From Eledone cirrhosa (Eukaryota), in NCBI GenBank assembly GCA_964016885.1, contig OZ024743.1, positions 363,940,001-364,004,000 on the forward strand: 64,000 nt of DNA, given 5' to 3'. Below, piece by piece: positions 16,251 to 30,016 of this stretch. The position numbers were made by a program, and so were the translations under genes. The stretch's first letter is position 1. Every line of letters begins with the position of its first letter. Below the pieces are notes generated by a model, which saw only the letters and a program-made list of their open reading frames with translations, was not told where the DNA came from and did not search any database.

Positions 16251-16475
16251 GGGGGAGAGAGGGAGAGAGAGAGAAACAGACTGGCAGAAGACAGAGACAG
16301 TTAGATGAATAGGTAGCTTGATTAGTTAGCTAGATGGATACATAGATACCTATAAATAGCTGCTTTGATACCACACCCATCCAGATGGTTGTAAACTTTT
16401 GTATTTTTAAACAAAAATCTATAATCCCACTCATATCTAAACATATACACACACACGCACACACACACACACACA

Positions 16476-16570
<95 letters not shown>

Positions 16571-16624
16571 TTGTGTGTGTGTGCGTGTGTGTGCGTGCGT
16601 GCGTGTGTGTGTATATATATAGAA

Positions 16625-16855
16625 ATAATTGTTTCTACTTTTGGCACAAGGCCAGCAATTAACCAGTACATTACTGGAACTTTATTTTATCGACCCGGTA
16701 AGGATGAAAAGCAAAGTTAACCTCAGCGAATAATAATTGTTTCTACTTTAGGCACAAGGCCAGCAATTACCCAGTGCATTACTGGTACTTTATTTTATCG
16801 ACCCCGTAAGGATGAAAGGCAAAGTCAACCTCGGCGGGATTTGAACTCAGCGAAT
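16625..16855 (-). mobile_element. Two tandem 5'-truncated tRNA-SINE copies
   Basis: ATAATTGTTTCTACTTT..GGCACAAGGCCAGCAATT..CGACCCCGTAAGGATGAAAGGC occurs twice. Confidence 0.8.
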
Positions 16856-16862
16856 AATAATG

Positions 16863-18470
16863 ATTTCTTTATTAACTACAAAAGGTCCACATCAAAAAAA
16901 ACCTTATCACAGTACAGGACGAAAACATAGAGTGTGTGTTTGTGTGGGGGTTTTGTGTGTAAACAAATTTTAACAATGTTAAAAAAAAGAAGATAATAAT
17001 AAAATTAAAACAAAGAAGTTTCCTCAATAGGGAGACGTTCGAGGGTCATTCGTGGAAAAAACTCCATAAAACCACGGATGCTCTGATCCTTAGGACGAGT
17101 GCACTGTCTTAGTTGTACTCCTCCAATCTACAGGCTTACACTCAGAGCGGGCCCATTCACTCGGGCCATCCTCGCTTCTCTCGCCCACCTTGCAAATTGT
17201 TTTGAAGGTAGCACTTCTCTCTCAACCCTAATTTTCCTCCTCAAGTGGAATCTGAAGAACTTAATCAGGGCTACTCCAAAAAGGAAAGTGCTCGTCTTCA
17301 AACCTTTAAAGCGTGTCCAACATACAATCTCTTTCGTCATGGCCACACGACATATAAAAATGGCCTACCCTTCTTGAGTAAAAGAAAGCGGCGAGACAAT
17401 CTTCACAATGGACTCGGTTGATAACCGAATTTGTCCTACACATGACAGTAGGTGTTCAACATAAACCCACAAGTCAGCAATGCTCGGACACTGGACGATT
17501 GCGTGCAGGAAGGTTTCGTCGTCCTGCGCGCATCTTGGACAGGCACGATTGACGGCACTTCCATGTCTGTAGAGTTTAACTCGAACTGGCAAAGCTCCTC
17601 GGTAGCGCTGCCATGCCAGAGATTTCTGAAAATTATCCGTGGACCCTGGACCGAAAGCCCTTTCGAAAAGAGTGGCTAGTTGATTTTCGTTGATGTCTAG
17701 AGTTTCTCCAAGAACGTCGTTGCTTTTATCTACCACTAACTCTCTATAGAAAGCCAAGGTGGTGTTTCCACCGATCATATTGCCTGATTGTTGAAGGGCT
17801 GTAAACGCCTAGAGACATTCCAGTTTCCAAGCGCTCTCTCTCGGGCTCTGCTTGATCCAGGACTGTAGCTCTGTTAAGGATACGAGCTGGGGGAACATGC
17901 CCCTGGTGAACGGCGACCACGCCTGTTCACCGTTGAAGAAGAGACAGAGATGTCGTGCCCCGCGATGAATGTGTTCGCCACCTCTGGCCTACCTTTCAGG
18001 GACAGCTTTCTTTCGGCCCATTTCTGGATGAGATTCGCCAATCTGTTCGTCACCTCATCCCAATCTCTGTCCATCTGGAGGTCAAGACCAAACCAAACCC
18101 TGAGTAATTTAATCGGCCGATCTGTCTAGCGCCCGATGACACTGTTAGACGGCATGGACTTGCCCCTCCATGTGCCGAGGTGTAGGCCCACGGATTTTTC
18201 CTGGTTGATTTTCTCTCCTGTCAGCGCTTCGTATTCTTTCAGAGCAGTGCCGATCACCTTAATGTGTTTGGTGTTCAACACTACGACTGTGACGTCGTCG
18301 GCATAAGCCGACACAGATCTTCCATGTCCTAGTTCACGCGGGGTGCCTCTCAAAATGTCTAATTTGTGTAATAGTGGCTCGAGGGTCAGTATATACAACA
18401 AGGATGAGAGGGGACATCTCTGGCGGACCGAAAGCATGATGTTAAATGGTTCCGAGAGGTGACCGTTCAA
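16863..18470 (-). mobile_element. Tx1/L1-clade LINE, 3' ~1.6 kb
   Basis: RT SAYADDVTV, INQEKS, LSLKGR and zf-RVT CPRCAQDDETFLHAIVQC; has an internal deletion. Confidence 0.9.
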
Positions 18471-18479
18471 TCTGATCTA

Positions 18480-19440
18480 CCTGTTTATTACGGTGATAGA
18501 TAAATGGCTATGTTTGTAAGATAAGTTATGGTAGATTTGCGATGTGGTGTCCTTTAATGGTGACAAGAGAGATGTTTAAAATGCTCAGTGGCGCTAAATT
18601 TTCAGACGCTATAAGTCTGGGGAAGTATACTGTTTATACAAACAGTTAAGTTATTGGATCGAATCCTGCTTATTTTGGTTTGTAGTTTATGAATGTGTTG
18701 GCGACTTTGTGCCTACAGTAGATTGTCCGTTCAATTTTGTTATTGTATTGAAAAATATGGAGTAATTCCATATTACATAATTTGCATTGGGACATCCCGT
18801 GTGTATAAGCCCTGGCAATTGATAATTTAGACCAGCTTATTTTGTATTCTTGTTTATTATTCGCAAGCTGCAAGATTTTATTGACCAGAGTTGTCGTGCT
18901 TCTGAGCCTGCGGTTCATAATCGAATGTCTATGCACATACCAGCGTTTCGTGAATTCCTTTACTATAGAACCTATGTAATACCATTCTTGGTCGTCTGAT
19001 TTTATAGTACATAGATACATTATATTGGATTCAAGACATTTGTTTTGTAGTGGGCATTTATATGGTAGATGGCAGTTACACTTAGTGGACTTCCTTGTGT
19101 TGGCTCTCCGTTATAGTCAGATGTGTAGCTTGAATTAGGCTGTGATGTTGGTCTGTTTATGTTGTGTTGCTGCGTTGTATATTGTCGACCGACTGGTTGC
19201 GATGTAGTTATAGAGTTGCGTTTGATGTTAGATGTTGTGTTGGTATGTGTGGACTAATACTTCTAGAGATTATTTTTGAGTTGAGTTTTCTTATGTATGA
19301 TTCTATATTTGCTGCAGTAGAATATGATAGTTTAATAGTTTTTCTATTGAAGATGTGGTATTTATGTGGTTTTGGTTATGCTTATCTATTAGATTAAATA
19401 AGATAAAGGGTAGATTGGTACTTATTGCATAATTGAATAC
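18480..19440 (-). mobile_element. Penelope-like element 3' fragment (Cys-linker GIY-YIG type)
   Basis: HKYHIFNRKTIKLSYS thumb, YKCPLQNKCLESNIMY..YYIGS..FTKRWYVH..CKLC..CRHK. Confidence 0.8.
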
Positions 19441-20164
19441 TGGATTTTATATATATATATATATATATACGTATGAGTATGTGTATATGAATGCATATTT
19501 TTTGTAAGTAGGTGTGTGCACATGTACGTGTATGTGTGCGTGCGTGTATTGAATATTTATGTGTGTGTATATATGTATATGCACGCGTGTGTGTATATTA
19601 TATTCGTATATGTGCGAGTATATGTATGTGTATGGATATATTTGTGCGAGCATATGTGTATATGTATATTTTTTTTATTACACTGTATCCTCGTTTATGC
19701 ATGCTTCCATACCGCTCACTGCATACTTATGTACGAGCCTAAATCCTATAACAATACGTTTAATGTTAATCTCATTATTATTACTTTTACTACAGTTTTA
19801 TTACAGTTTTTTCGTTTAATCATTATAATTTATTTACATCATTTTCTATACATGGTAACTGGAAATCATTCGGTTATTCTAAAATGAATGTGGTCTAATG
19901 TTTTTTTTCATAGCAAAAATGTGTTCTGTTCTTAGCAAGAAATTGTTCTTCTCGCTCCACATAATGACGTAATTATCCTTGCATATTTTCCGTCCATTGC
20001 CAAAGAATGTCTTCACGAACCACCGTTATGTCTTCTTGTTTTCTTTTGGTTGTAAAGTGTTTTGAAATATTTACTTCTGCGTTTACAGATTGATTTTTCT
20101 CAGTTTCAGAAGATCCCGTAGTAGGATGAAAGCAGAAAGTCTTTGCTTAAATTTTAATCTGTAC

Positions 20165-20376
20165 TAATAATGGTTTCATATATAGGCACAAGGCCAGCAA
20201 TTTTGGGGAGGGGAAAGTCAATTAAATCGACCCCAGTGCGTGACTGGTACTTTATTTTATCGAACCCGTAAGGATGAAAGGCAAAGCTAACCTCTGCGGG
20301 TTTTGAACTCAGATCATAAAGGGCCGTAACTCTATGCTGCAAAGCATGGCGTCCGAACCTCTACCGATACTGCCAA
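20165..20376 (-). mobile_element. tRNA-derived SINE
   Basis: Near full-length reverse complement of 62580-62805. Another partial copy at 20628-20750. Confidence 0.85.
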
Positions 20377-20455
20377 TATATATTTTTATATGTGTGTGCG
20401 CTTGTGTGTGTGTATGTGTGTATGAGTGTGTGTGTTTGTGTGTGTGTATATGTGT

Positions 20456-20538
<83 letters not shown>

Positions 20539-21244
20539 TGTGTGTCTGTTTGATAGGGCTCAACAGTTAAGAGGTATAAATATCAGCTACAAGCACAAGG
20601 TGAGGAAAAGCTCAATGCCAAAATATATAATTGTTTCTACTTTTGGCACAAGACCAGCAATTATCTCAGTGAATTACTGATACTTTATTTTATCGACCCT
20701 GTCAGGATGAAAGGGAAATTAAACCTCGGCGGGATTTGAACTTAGAACGTAAAAATATATATAATACTAGACCACCCGTGACCCGTTGGTTCAGAGTTCA
20801 CTTCAAAATATTCTTTAAAAATCATGTTCACTTATTTAAAAAATAATTTCTAAATAATTAAAATTTACACAGACATGTATATAATGTGAAATAAAACTGG
20901 AAGGCCCATATATATACGTGTGTATGTATATATATATATATATGTATGTGTGTATATACATATGTGGGTGTCTGTGATCTATATACACTGGTCATAGACA
21001 CATATACACACATATATATATATACACACACACTCACATATATATATGTATACACAACAACATTACCAGCTCTCTCTCTCTCTCTTCCATTCTCCTTCTC
21101 TATCTCCTCTCCCTCTCTCTATGTCTCTGTTTCAATCTACTCTCTCACAACCACTATCTCTTTCTCTCTATGTTTCTCTCTCTCTGTTTATGAAGGTACC
21201 CGGAAAAACTCCATATCTCGGGAGCCAGTGCTTCGATTTATTTC

Positions 21245-21282
21245 TCTGAGGAACTGGAATCATATGATTCCAGTTCCTCAGA
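21245..21282. repeat. Perfect 38 bp palindrome
   Basis: TCTGAGGAACTGGAATCAT|ATGATTCCAGTTCCTCAGA. Confidence 0.9.
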
Positions 21283-21378
21283 AAAATAACAACCCAACCA
21301 GGAGCTGGACATATCGAAGTATTGACGGAGTAAAACACTTCAACAACATGTGTACCTGTCTCTATCACACCAATTCGG

Positions 21379-21433
21379 ACTGCCTGAAGAGGTCACAGCC
21401 AATGATGCCTGTCACCGAAATATATATAGCAGT
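21379..21433 (+). ncRNA. Minimal type I hammerhead ribozyme
   Basis: ACTGC-CTGAAGA-GGTCACAG..CTGTCACC-GAAA-TATATA-TA|GCAGT. Confidence 0.85.
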
Positions 21434-21436
21434 ACA

Positions 21437-21665
21437 TCTATATATATAAAAGCAAGTCGGTCTGTGTGTGTGTCTGTGTGTCTGTCTGTGTACAAATACT
21501 AGGCTCCTTTTAACTTTTGAATTACTAGGCCGATTTCAACCAAATTTGGCACACATGTTGCTTATATGCCAGAGCAGATTTTGAAGAAATCGATATTGGA
21601 GCGGAAAAATCGATTTTGTGTGTATCTGTCTGTGTACAAATACTAGGCTCCTTTTAACTTTTGAA
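21437..21665 (+). mobile_element. Helitron-like non-autonomous 5' fragment
   Basis: A|TCTATATATATAAAAG start, (TCTG/TG)n, GGCCGATTTCAACCAAATTTGG motif and an internal ~45 bp direct repeat. Confidence 0.5.
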
Positions 21666-22344
21666 GTACATACATACAGCAATGTGGAAGACATCCACGT
21701 ACATAATATGAAAGAGTACTGGTGGAATGTTCCAGTAAAAACCCCAATAAAATGCAGGCATAACAGACCAGATATAATGATATGGGATAGGGAAAAGAAG
21801 CATGCACAGTAGTGGAAGTTAGCTGCCCAGCAGATGCCAATATAATATCAAAGATTAGCGAAAAGGAGAATATTTATGCAGAACTGATGAGAAATCTGCA
21901 AATACTCCACCCTGATTACACCTTCAGATTTATACCTGTGATTATTGGGGCACTGGGGTATGTTAGTAACTGCCTTAATACAAGTCTTGAGAAGCTAGGC
22001 TTCACAGGAACAGAAAGAACACAACTAATTAGGAAATTACAAGTACAATCCATTAATGGAACAGTAAAAATATGTAAAACATTCCAGAAATTTTACATCT
22101 AATAACTGCATGTACACATGTACAGATACTAAGCATATACACATGCACACATACAACTCAAAACATACACATCCACACATACAATAACATCCATATCTAC
22201 ACATGCATGCATACATAATCTACCTAGTTGATGTTGTGTAAATTCCAATGAGAGAGTCTTGTGTCTATGTTAGAAACCGACTCTCTCTCTATTGGTAAAA
22301 CTTTGTGAAATTATAAAACCAGAAGAATATACATACATACATAC
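21666..22344 (+). mobile_element. R4/Dong-type LINE 3' end with (CATA)n tail
   Basis: RLE domain HNRPDIMIWD..VEVSCP..EKENIY..IPVIIGALG, then 3' UTR. Confidence 0.85.
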
Positions 22345-23135
22345 ATGGTGGCTGCCAACTCGTTTTCGAGTACAGCCACTACTTTATATCCATGTAGGAG
22401 AACCCCTACCGATGCGCTGAACGAGTGTGACTTTTTAGTCCAGCCAGCGACTTGAAACCTCTGGTACAAACACTACACTTATGACAATTATTGACACATA
22501 GTGCTGGGCCCATGGTACCATGCGACGATAAGTGCAGAGGAGTCTCCAGATATAAAGCAATGCCTGTGCCGTGAAGCTTTTATAGTGAGCAAAGGCACTG
22601 CACAAAGCCAGTCCCACTCTCTTAACCAAGATTATATTTACCAAAAAGAAGAACAAGTCAACATCATTGGATACCATCAGGGTTGCAGGTGTTATATCGG
22701 AGTTTTCCTTCTCCTAGAATTCTGCCTTGACAAACGCTAAGAGGTCATCTCTCCCGGTGATTTTGGATGGTCATTGACTCTTAAGAGCAACTTTGCCCTT
22801 TGACAGGTTTTGTTTTTAGTCCTGCAGAATGTCCAAAGTCACCCTCCTCACCAAGAAACCTTGGTGGGGTTGCCAGTTTAGTCGCCAACGACCCGACCAT
22901 GAGACGGGTTGTACTGGGATACATGTTACCAGTAGCACCAACTGGTGACCTGACATAACACATACATACATATATACATACATGGTGGCTGCCAACTCGT
23001 TTTCGAGTACGGCCACTACTTTATATCCATGTAGGAGAACCTCTACCGATGCGCTGAACGAGTGTGACTTTTTAGTCCAGCCAGCGACTTGAAAACTCTG
23101 GTACAAACACTACATCTGTGACAATTATTGACACA
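22345..23135 (-). mobile_element. RTE-derived non-autonomous element: full copy 22345-22954 and 3' fragment 22982-23135
   Basis: Multi-copy in the window. RTE-5'UTR-like TAGGAGAAGGAAAACTC motif, RTE-type C2H2 remnant [14 protein letters not shown] and a (TATG)n tail. Confidence 0.75.
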
Positions 23136-23175
23136 TACATACATACATACATACATACATACATACATACATACA

Positions 23176-23206
<31 letters not shown>

Positions 23207-24309
23207 CAACTTGACCAGTCTCACATATTGGCGTGGGAGACTATTCATTGAATTTAAGATGAATAGTGTCCCCAACGGTAATGCCACAACAAAAAGATAT
23301 GATGGGAGGGTTTTTAGATAAATAGATACACTTACATGAGTGTGTGTCTGTGAAACATGTATATACGCACCAAGTCCGAACACAAAAGAACCAAATTCCA
23401 ACCGTCACTGCCTCCGTCCCTCCCGCTCTCCCCATCTCACACTATTATGAGCAAATGGGGCCCACGTGCTGGCCGCCCCGTGGCCCCGGCGGACTGGTCG
23501 CTCGACAGACAGAATAGAGAAGGCGTTTCCCCGGAGGATGGTGAGGGAGACACACTGGATGAGCCATCCCACTTCACGAGGCTCACACCTGCGGGTAGCC
23601 AACCCTGTGCCGATGGTGTTGGCCCTAGGAGCATGGAGGTGGCCCTAGGACCAAGGACATCAGAAGTATCCATTGTCACGAGCTCGACCGCAAACCTGTC
23701 GGAGATCTACCAGTCAAATTGAATAACTGGATAATCTTCTAATTATACTAACTGAAAACACCTTTTATTCAATTCGTAGAGATATCCGACAAAAAGTTCA
23801 AACATTTATTCCACAAGGATTAGCTACAAGTAGTATGGCTGAACACAACAACAATATCAACAACATTGGAGGAGAACCGAAGAAAAACAACAACGATAAA
23901 GGTAAACAAAATGTCTGGCTACAGAAGGAACCGAATTTATAAATCGCATTTTTCTTGGAGTTACGAACTTAATAATTATTTATTTAATTGTTATGAAATG
24001 GCAAAAAAAGATCCCTCTGTCGACTATACGAACAGAATGAAGCTATACTGGGACAAAATACATCCAGGTCTAAATCACTTCACAGCCAAACAATTATGCT
24101 AACAAGCAACGTTTGTTAGCATAATAACATGAACATTATTCATTGTAATTCCCCCAGATTGAACATGCAATCAGCCACAGGTGCTGCATGCCGCCATGTT
24201 ACTAAACTTTCTAGCAGCCAGACTGAACATCAGCAAACAGCAGCAATACACAAATAGTCCCTTGAAACAACTATGCCGGTAAAATATTTGACACCAATTT
24301 TGTTACATC

Positions 24310-26470
24310 TGTAGCGAAAAAGCTGTTTTCCCACGGTGTTTTTCTCCCTCACGGACACGAACACCAAAAGAGTGACCGAAAACGGCTATTACGACTCCTT
24401 TCAGTCTCTTCAAGTTTCTTACAATGCCATTCGGTTTACGCTATGCTGCATCAACCTTTTAGTGTTTCATCGGCACTGTAGTACGTGGTTTACCCTTCGT
24501 CTACACGTATATTGATGATATTCTGGTAGCCAGCACATCCCACGAGGAACAAGAACGACACCTGCGACTGCTTTTCGAGCGTTTTTCTCAGTTTGGTGTC
24601 ATCATCAATCCCAACAAATGCCTTTTCGGGACACCACACCGACGAACAAGAAATCCGCCCTCGCCACAAGGTTAAGTCGATTTTAGATTTCCCCACTCCT
24701 ACACGTCCTTGAGGAAAGTACATCAGTTCCCTGGTTCATTCCTCGCTGTGCAAACGGAAGAATAAGCTTATCACTTTCAATGAGGCACAAGCAGCTACCT
24801 TTCTTAAAATCAAGAGGGTCTTAGCAGAAGCTACAGTGTTGGTTCATCCTGAACTCGACGCACCGCTCTGTCTCTTCGTCGACGCGTCAGATGTCGGGGT
24901 TTGTGGCGTCCTGCAACAATGTGTAGACGTTGCATGGCAGCCGATTTCTTTCTTCTCTGGGTGCCTCAAACCGGCTGAAACGAAGTACAGCATGTTCGGC
25001 CAGAAGCTTTTTTGGCAGACATTTCCGGCACATGTTAGAAGGTTCTGTGTTCTCTATTTACACGAACCACAAACCTCTCACGTATATTCCAAGCCTGACC
25101 GCCACTCACCTAGAGAAGTACGCCAACTGGATTATATATACCAATGTACTACGAATTTTCACCATATCAAAGGTTCAGACAACTCTGCAGCCGACGCTCT
25201 TTCTCTGCACAACCTATCACATCCTCGTGTCAACTCCACCCTAAAGTTAATAACAGCCTGGTTTGTCTGAGTTGGTATGAACAAGGCTGTCAGGGAATGG
25301 GCCAGTGTCAGAGGGCAACAATTCACCACCATGTCAGAACTCTTCTGCAAACCTTCGCAACACCAGATGCATGTTTCCAACATGCGCACATCGACATCGT
25401 CGGACCACTCCCTCTTTCTCGGGGTTGCACTCACCTTTTGACCTCTGTAGACAGAACCTTTCCCCAGCCTAATACGTCTATTACCAAGGCGCTAATACAG
25501 CATTGTATTTCGCGTTATGGTACACCTTCTATCGTCACAATGGACAGAAGAGGCCAGTTCGAATCGAACCTCTTTAACGATACGCCTCCTAGGTTAGTGG
25601 AACGTTTCCATCGGCAATTAAAATCTGCTCTCAGAGGTTATGTCAACAACTGGTTGAAAATCTTATCTCTTATCCTTCTTGGAATTCGCTCCACCGTAAA
25701 AGGAGGACTTGGTTTTACACCAGCTGAGCTGGTTTATAGCACGACATTAGTAATACCCAGGCAAATGATTGCACCTGATTCTCAACACCCAGCGGATACA
25801 ACAAACTACATCCATCGTCTGTGGACATATATGTCAAACCGGCCATCCGTTTCTCCTTGTCCTCAAGTATCACTGCTCACGTTCCATCTGACATACAGCA
25901 ATGGATACACGTTTTTTGTCAGAAGGGACACTGTCAGAGCTCCTTTACAGCCACCATACTGTAGGCCCTACCAAGTACTCAAAAGGACACCCAAACATTT
26001 CATTTTAGACATTAATGGTTAGATGGGTGCTGTCAGTGTCGACCGATTATAAAAATCTCACGTGGATTTGGAAACACCCTCACCATCAGACCAAGCTAAC
26101 CCAACATCAGCGCTCCCGTTCACCGGTACTCCTAACTCTATGCCAACAACAAGCACCAGATCCGGTCGACGGATGTACTGGCCATCTCGCTATGTCCAAT
26201 ATTTCGAGTAACATTCTTCATCACATCTATAATTTGTCCATCTTTTTTATTTTATTTTATTTTATTATATTTTTTATTCTTTTTTTTTCTCTCTTTCTAT
26301 AAGGGAAGTATGTAGCAGTTTCCTATGGCGCCATTGGTTCTCTCTTTCTTTACCTTTTCGATTATCTATCGCTACTCTGTTTTGATCTGGGCGGGGAACT
26401 AATGTAGCGAAAGAAATGTTTTCCCACGGTGTTGTTTTCCCCTTACGGACACGACCACCAAATGAGTGAC
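24310..26470 (+). mobile_element. Gypsy/Ty3 LTR retrotransposon remnant
   Basis: RT MPFGL..YIDDILV, RNase H LFVDASD and integrase HIDIVGPLP..VERFHRQLK. ~68 bp direct repeats start TGTAGCGAAA at 24310 and 26403, the latter after a purine-rich tract. Confidence 0.85.
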
Positions 26471-26716
26471 CTGCTACCTTGCATGGAAGATAATAGATAA
26501 ATTTCCCTGATAGAAGGATTTACGGCACCAACTGTATAAAAGAACATTTTCTAGGGCCATCTGTTATCTGTAAAGTAACTGGCAATCGTTATAAATATGC
26601 TGCCGTGTGGCTTTAGCATCACTTAGTTCACTGCCACTTCGCCTGTACAACACAGCCTGTCCATATAACAGTTTACTACAATCTCTGCTGGCTACATACT
26701 GTCTGACTACAACTTT

Positions 26717-26987
26717 TTAACCCTTTAGCATTTACATTACTTTATATATACTCTTGTATTTTCACGGTAAAGCCTCACATAATTATTTCATATAATATCG
26801 AATCTGAGATTTTGATATTATTTATACACTGGGGTAATTCCTGGCCTTGTGCCAAAAGTAGAAACAATTATTTATTTTGAGAATAATGCCTTAACATTAG
26901 TATGAGTGGCCGGTTACAGCCGGTTTGAACAGAAAGAGGTGAGAGATTTCTGGCCGGATATGGCCGGTTTAAATGCTAAAGAGTTAA
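26717..26987. mobile_element. piggyBac-type MITE
   Basis: TTAA-CCCTTTAGCATTTA ... TAAATGCTAAAGAG-TTAA. Contains a SINE tail at ~26828-26870. Confidence 0.8.
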
Positions 26988-28747
26988 GGTAACATCCCAT
27001 GGTAAATAAAGAGACTCTCGCACAATACAGAAGCCTTATGGAACACTATAGTCATTTGTGAACACTATATTTACGATTCAAAGTAGTTGTAATTTTTCCT
27101 TTTATTGAGGTGAAGTAAAGTTAATTATTAAACCAGAATTGTTGGTATTTGTCATAGTTCGTCATTTTTTCTACAACAAATAGACTTCGCTTCATATCAA
27201 CTGATATGGAATCTCGCAACCAGGCTGATCAACATCAAAACACTGCCAATAATAATACGTCTGCCATTAGCTGGGAAAATCAAGAGTATAAACAAGTGAA
27301 CTTTACCATCAGTGAAACTTTCCAGAGGGAAATTAATACATTTATAAACATATCCCTCGCGGAACTATATAGAACAAGAATATTAAACAAAAAGAAATCA
27401 AATAATAAAATTCTGCGTGATATTGATGAAATTAGTGGTAAATATTTATGACGAATTGAAGCCTCTACATGAAACGTAAGCAAGGAGGCAGAGGCCTAAC
27501 ATCAGTCCAGACAGCATTTGAGTGTCATATCATATCCCTCCGACAACATCTACGGCCCTCCAAGAGTAGAAGCCCATCTACTAAACAAGTCTGTCTACAC
27601 GAGACAGACAAGATCATGAGAGTTGAGAAGGAACTCCTTGAGAAATACACCCAGCATGATAATCAAAAACTCGCACCCAGGGAAATTGCCCAGCAATACC
27701 GCAATGTAGACATGGATGCATGCTTATCAACGAAAAATCATGTATGGAAACTCCAAAGTGAGAGTAATATAGATAAGTAAAGTAGTTTATCTTGAACCAA
27801 CAACCGCTATATTGGCTCCCATTTTGAAGGATATGCTTTTGCAATCGAAGAACAGGAAATCAATACAAAATACTTGATTCACAAAAGAGATAGGGATGCA
27901 GGGAAAACACCTAGATGTGACAACAAATGCAGACTCTGCAGAATTGACATCGAAGATGTCACCCATGTTATAAGCAGCTGTCCAAAAATGCCATCACGGT
28001 ACTATGTACCTATGAGGCATGATGTAGTGGTCAAAACACTATACAATGCAATCCGCAGAAAAGATAGCTCTGACAATAAACATTAAAAGTTACAGCAATG
28101 TGGATGACATACACATACATAATATGAAAGACTATTGGTGGAATGTTTCAGTCAAAACCCCATTAAAATGCAAACATAACAGACCAGATATAATATGGGA
28201 CAGGGCAAAGAAGCCATGCACAATAGTGGAAGTTAGCTGCCCAGCAATATTATTAGAGATTAGCAGAACTATGCAGAACTAATGAGGAATCTGCAGATAC
28301 TACACCCTGATTATACCTTCAGATTTATACCTGTGATCATTGAGGCTCGGGGATATGTTACTAACTGTACAGTACATATATTGAGAAGCTGAGCTTCACA
28401 GAACCAGAAAGAACACGTCTAGTTAGAAGGTTACAAGTACAATCCATTAATGGAACAGTAAAAATATATAAAACATTCCACAAATTCTGCATGTAATATC
28501 TGCATATACACATGTACTGATACAAAACATAAGCGCGTTTATACATATAACTCAAAGCATACAGATCCACACATACAATAACACAAACAGATACGCGTGT
28601 GCGCGGATGCAGACATGCTGACATATTTACCTAGTCGATGTCTAAATTCCAATGAAAGTGTCTTGTGTCTATGTTAGAAACTGACTCTCTCAATTAGTAA
28701 AAAATTGTAAAATAATGAAATCAGTACATACATACATACATACATAC

Positions 28748-29950
28748 ATGGTGGCTGCCAACTCGTTTTCGAGTACGGCCACTACTTTATAGCCATGTAG
28801 GAGAACCCCTACCGATGCGCTGAACGAGTGTGACTTTTTAGTCCAGCCAGCGACTTGAAAACTCTGGTACAACCACTACACTTGTGACAATTATTGACAC
28901 ATAGTGCTGGACCCATGGTACCATGTGACGACAAGTGCAGAGAGATGTCCAGATATAAAGCAATGCCTGTGCCGTGAATCTTTTATAGTGAGCAAAGGCA
29001 CTGCACAAAGCCAGTCCCACTCTCTTAACCAAGATGATATTTACCAAAAAGAAGAACAAGTCAACATCATTGGATACTATCAGGGTTGCAGGTGTTATAT
29101 CAGAGTTTTCCTTCTCCTAGAATTCTTCCTTGACAAAGGCTAAGGGGTCATCTCATACATACATACATACATGGTGGCTGCCAACTCGTTTTCGAGTACG
29201 GCCACTACTTTATATCCATATAGGAGACCCCTACCGATGCGCTGAACGAGTGTGACCTTTTAGTCCAGCCAGCGACTTGAAAACTCTGGTACAAACACTA
29301 CACTTGTGACAAATATTGACACATAGTGCTGGGCCCATGGTACCCTGTGACGACAAGTGCAGAGAGATCTCCAGATATAAAGCAATGCCTGTGCCGTGAA
29401 GCTTTTATAGTGAGCAAAGGCACTGCACAAAGCCAGTCCCACTCTCTTAACCAAGATGATATTTACCAAAAAGAAGAACAAGTCAACATCATTGGATACC
29501 ATCAGAGTTACAGGTGTTATATCAGAGTTTTCCTTCTCCTAGAATTCTGCCTTGACAAAGGCTAAAGGGTCATCTCTCCCGGTGATTTTGGATGGCCATT
29601 GACTCTTAAGAGCTCCTTTGCCCTTTGACAGGTCTTGTTTTTAGTCCTGCAGGATGTCCAAAGTCACCCTCCTCACCAAGAAACCTTGGTGGGGTTGCCA
29701 GTTTAGTCGCCAACGACCCGACCATGGGTCAGGTTGTACTGGGATACATGTTACCAGTAGCACCAACTGGTGACCCGACATATACATATACATATATATA
29801 TACATACATATATATATATATACATACATATATACATATCATCATCACCGTTTTATATATACACATATATATATATATACACATATATATACATACACAT
29901 ATATATATATATATATATACATACATACAGAGATATATATATATATATAT

Positions 29951-30016
<66 letters not shown>

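Larger units (their letters stand above)
23204..28747 (+). mobile_element. Internally deleted R4/Dong-type LINE interrupted by nested insertions
   Basis: N-terminal RMKLYWDKIHP..TAKQL (~24030). 3' part LYMKRKQGGRGL, CRLCRIDIEDVTHVISSC, HNRPDI (27450-28500). (CATA)n at both ends. That both halves belong to one element is inference. Confidence 0.7.

Noticed and set aside
18560-18610. HHR downstream of the second Penelope fragment (CTGAAAA, minus strand)
   Set aside because: Both core halves are mutated and there is no convincing stem I.
20760-20800. Helitron 3' end (CTAG|T on minus strand)
   Set aside because: Subterminal hairpin is poor and the orientation does not pair with the 5' fragment at 21437.
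22435-22740. Recurrent ~80 aa ORFs (MVSNDVDL..., MLGPWYH...) that look like a gene family
   Set aside because: They recur only because the host repeat is multi-copy and young; no domain is recognisable.
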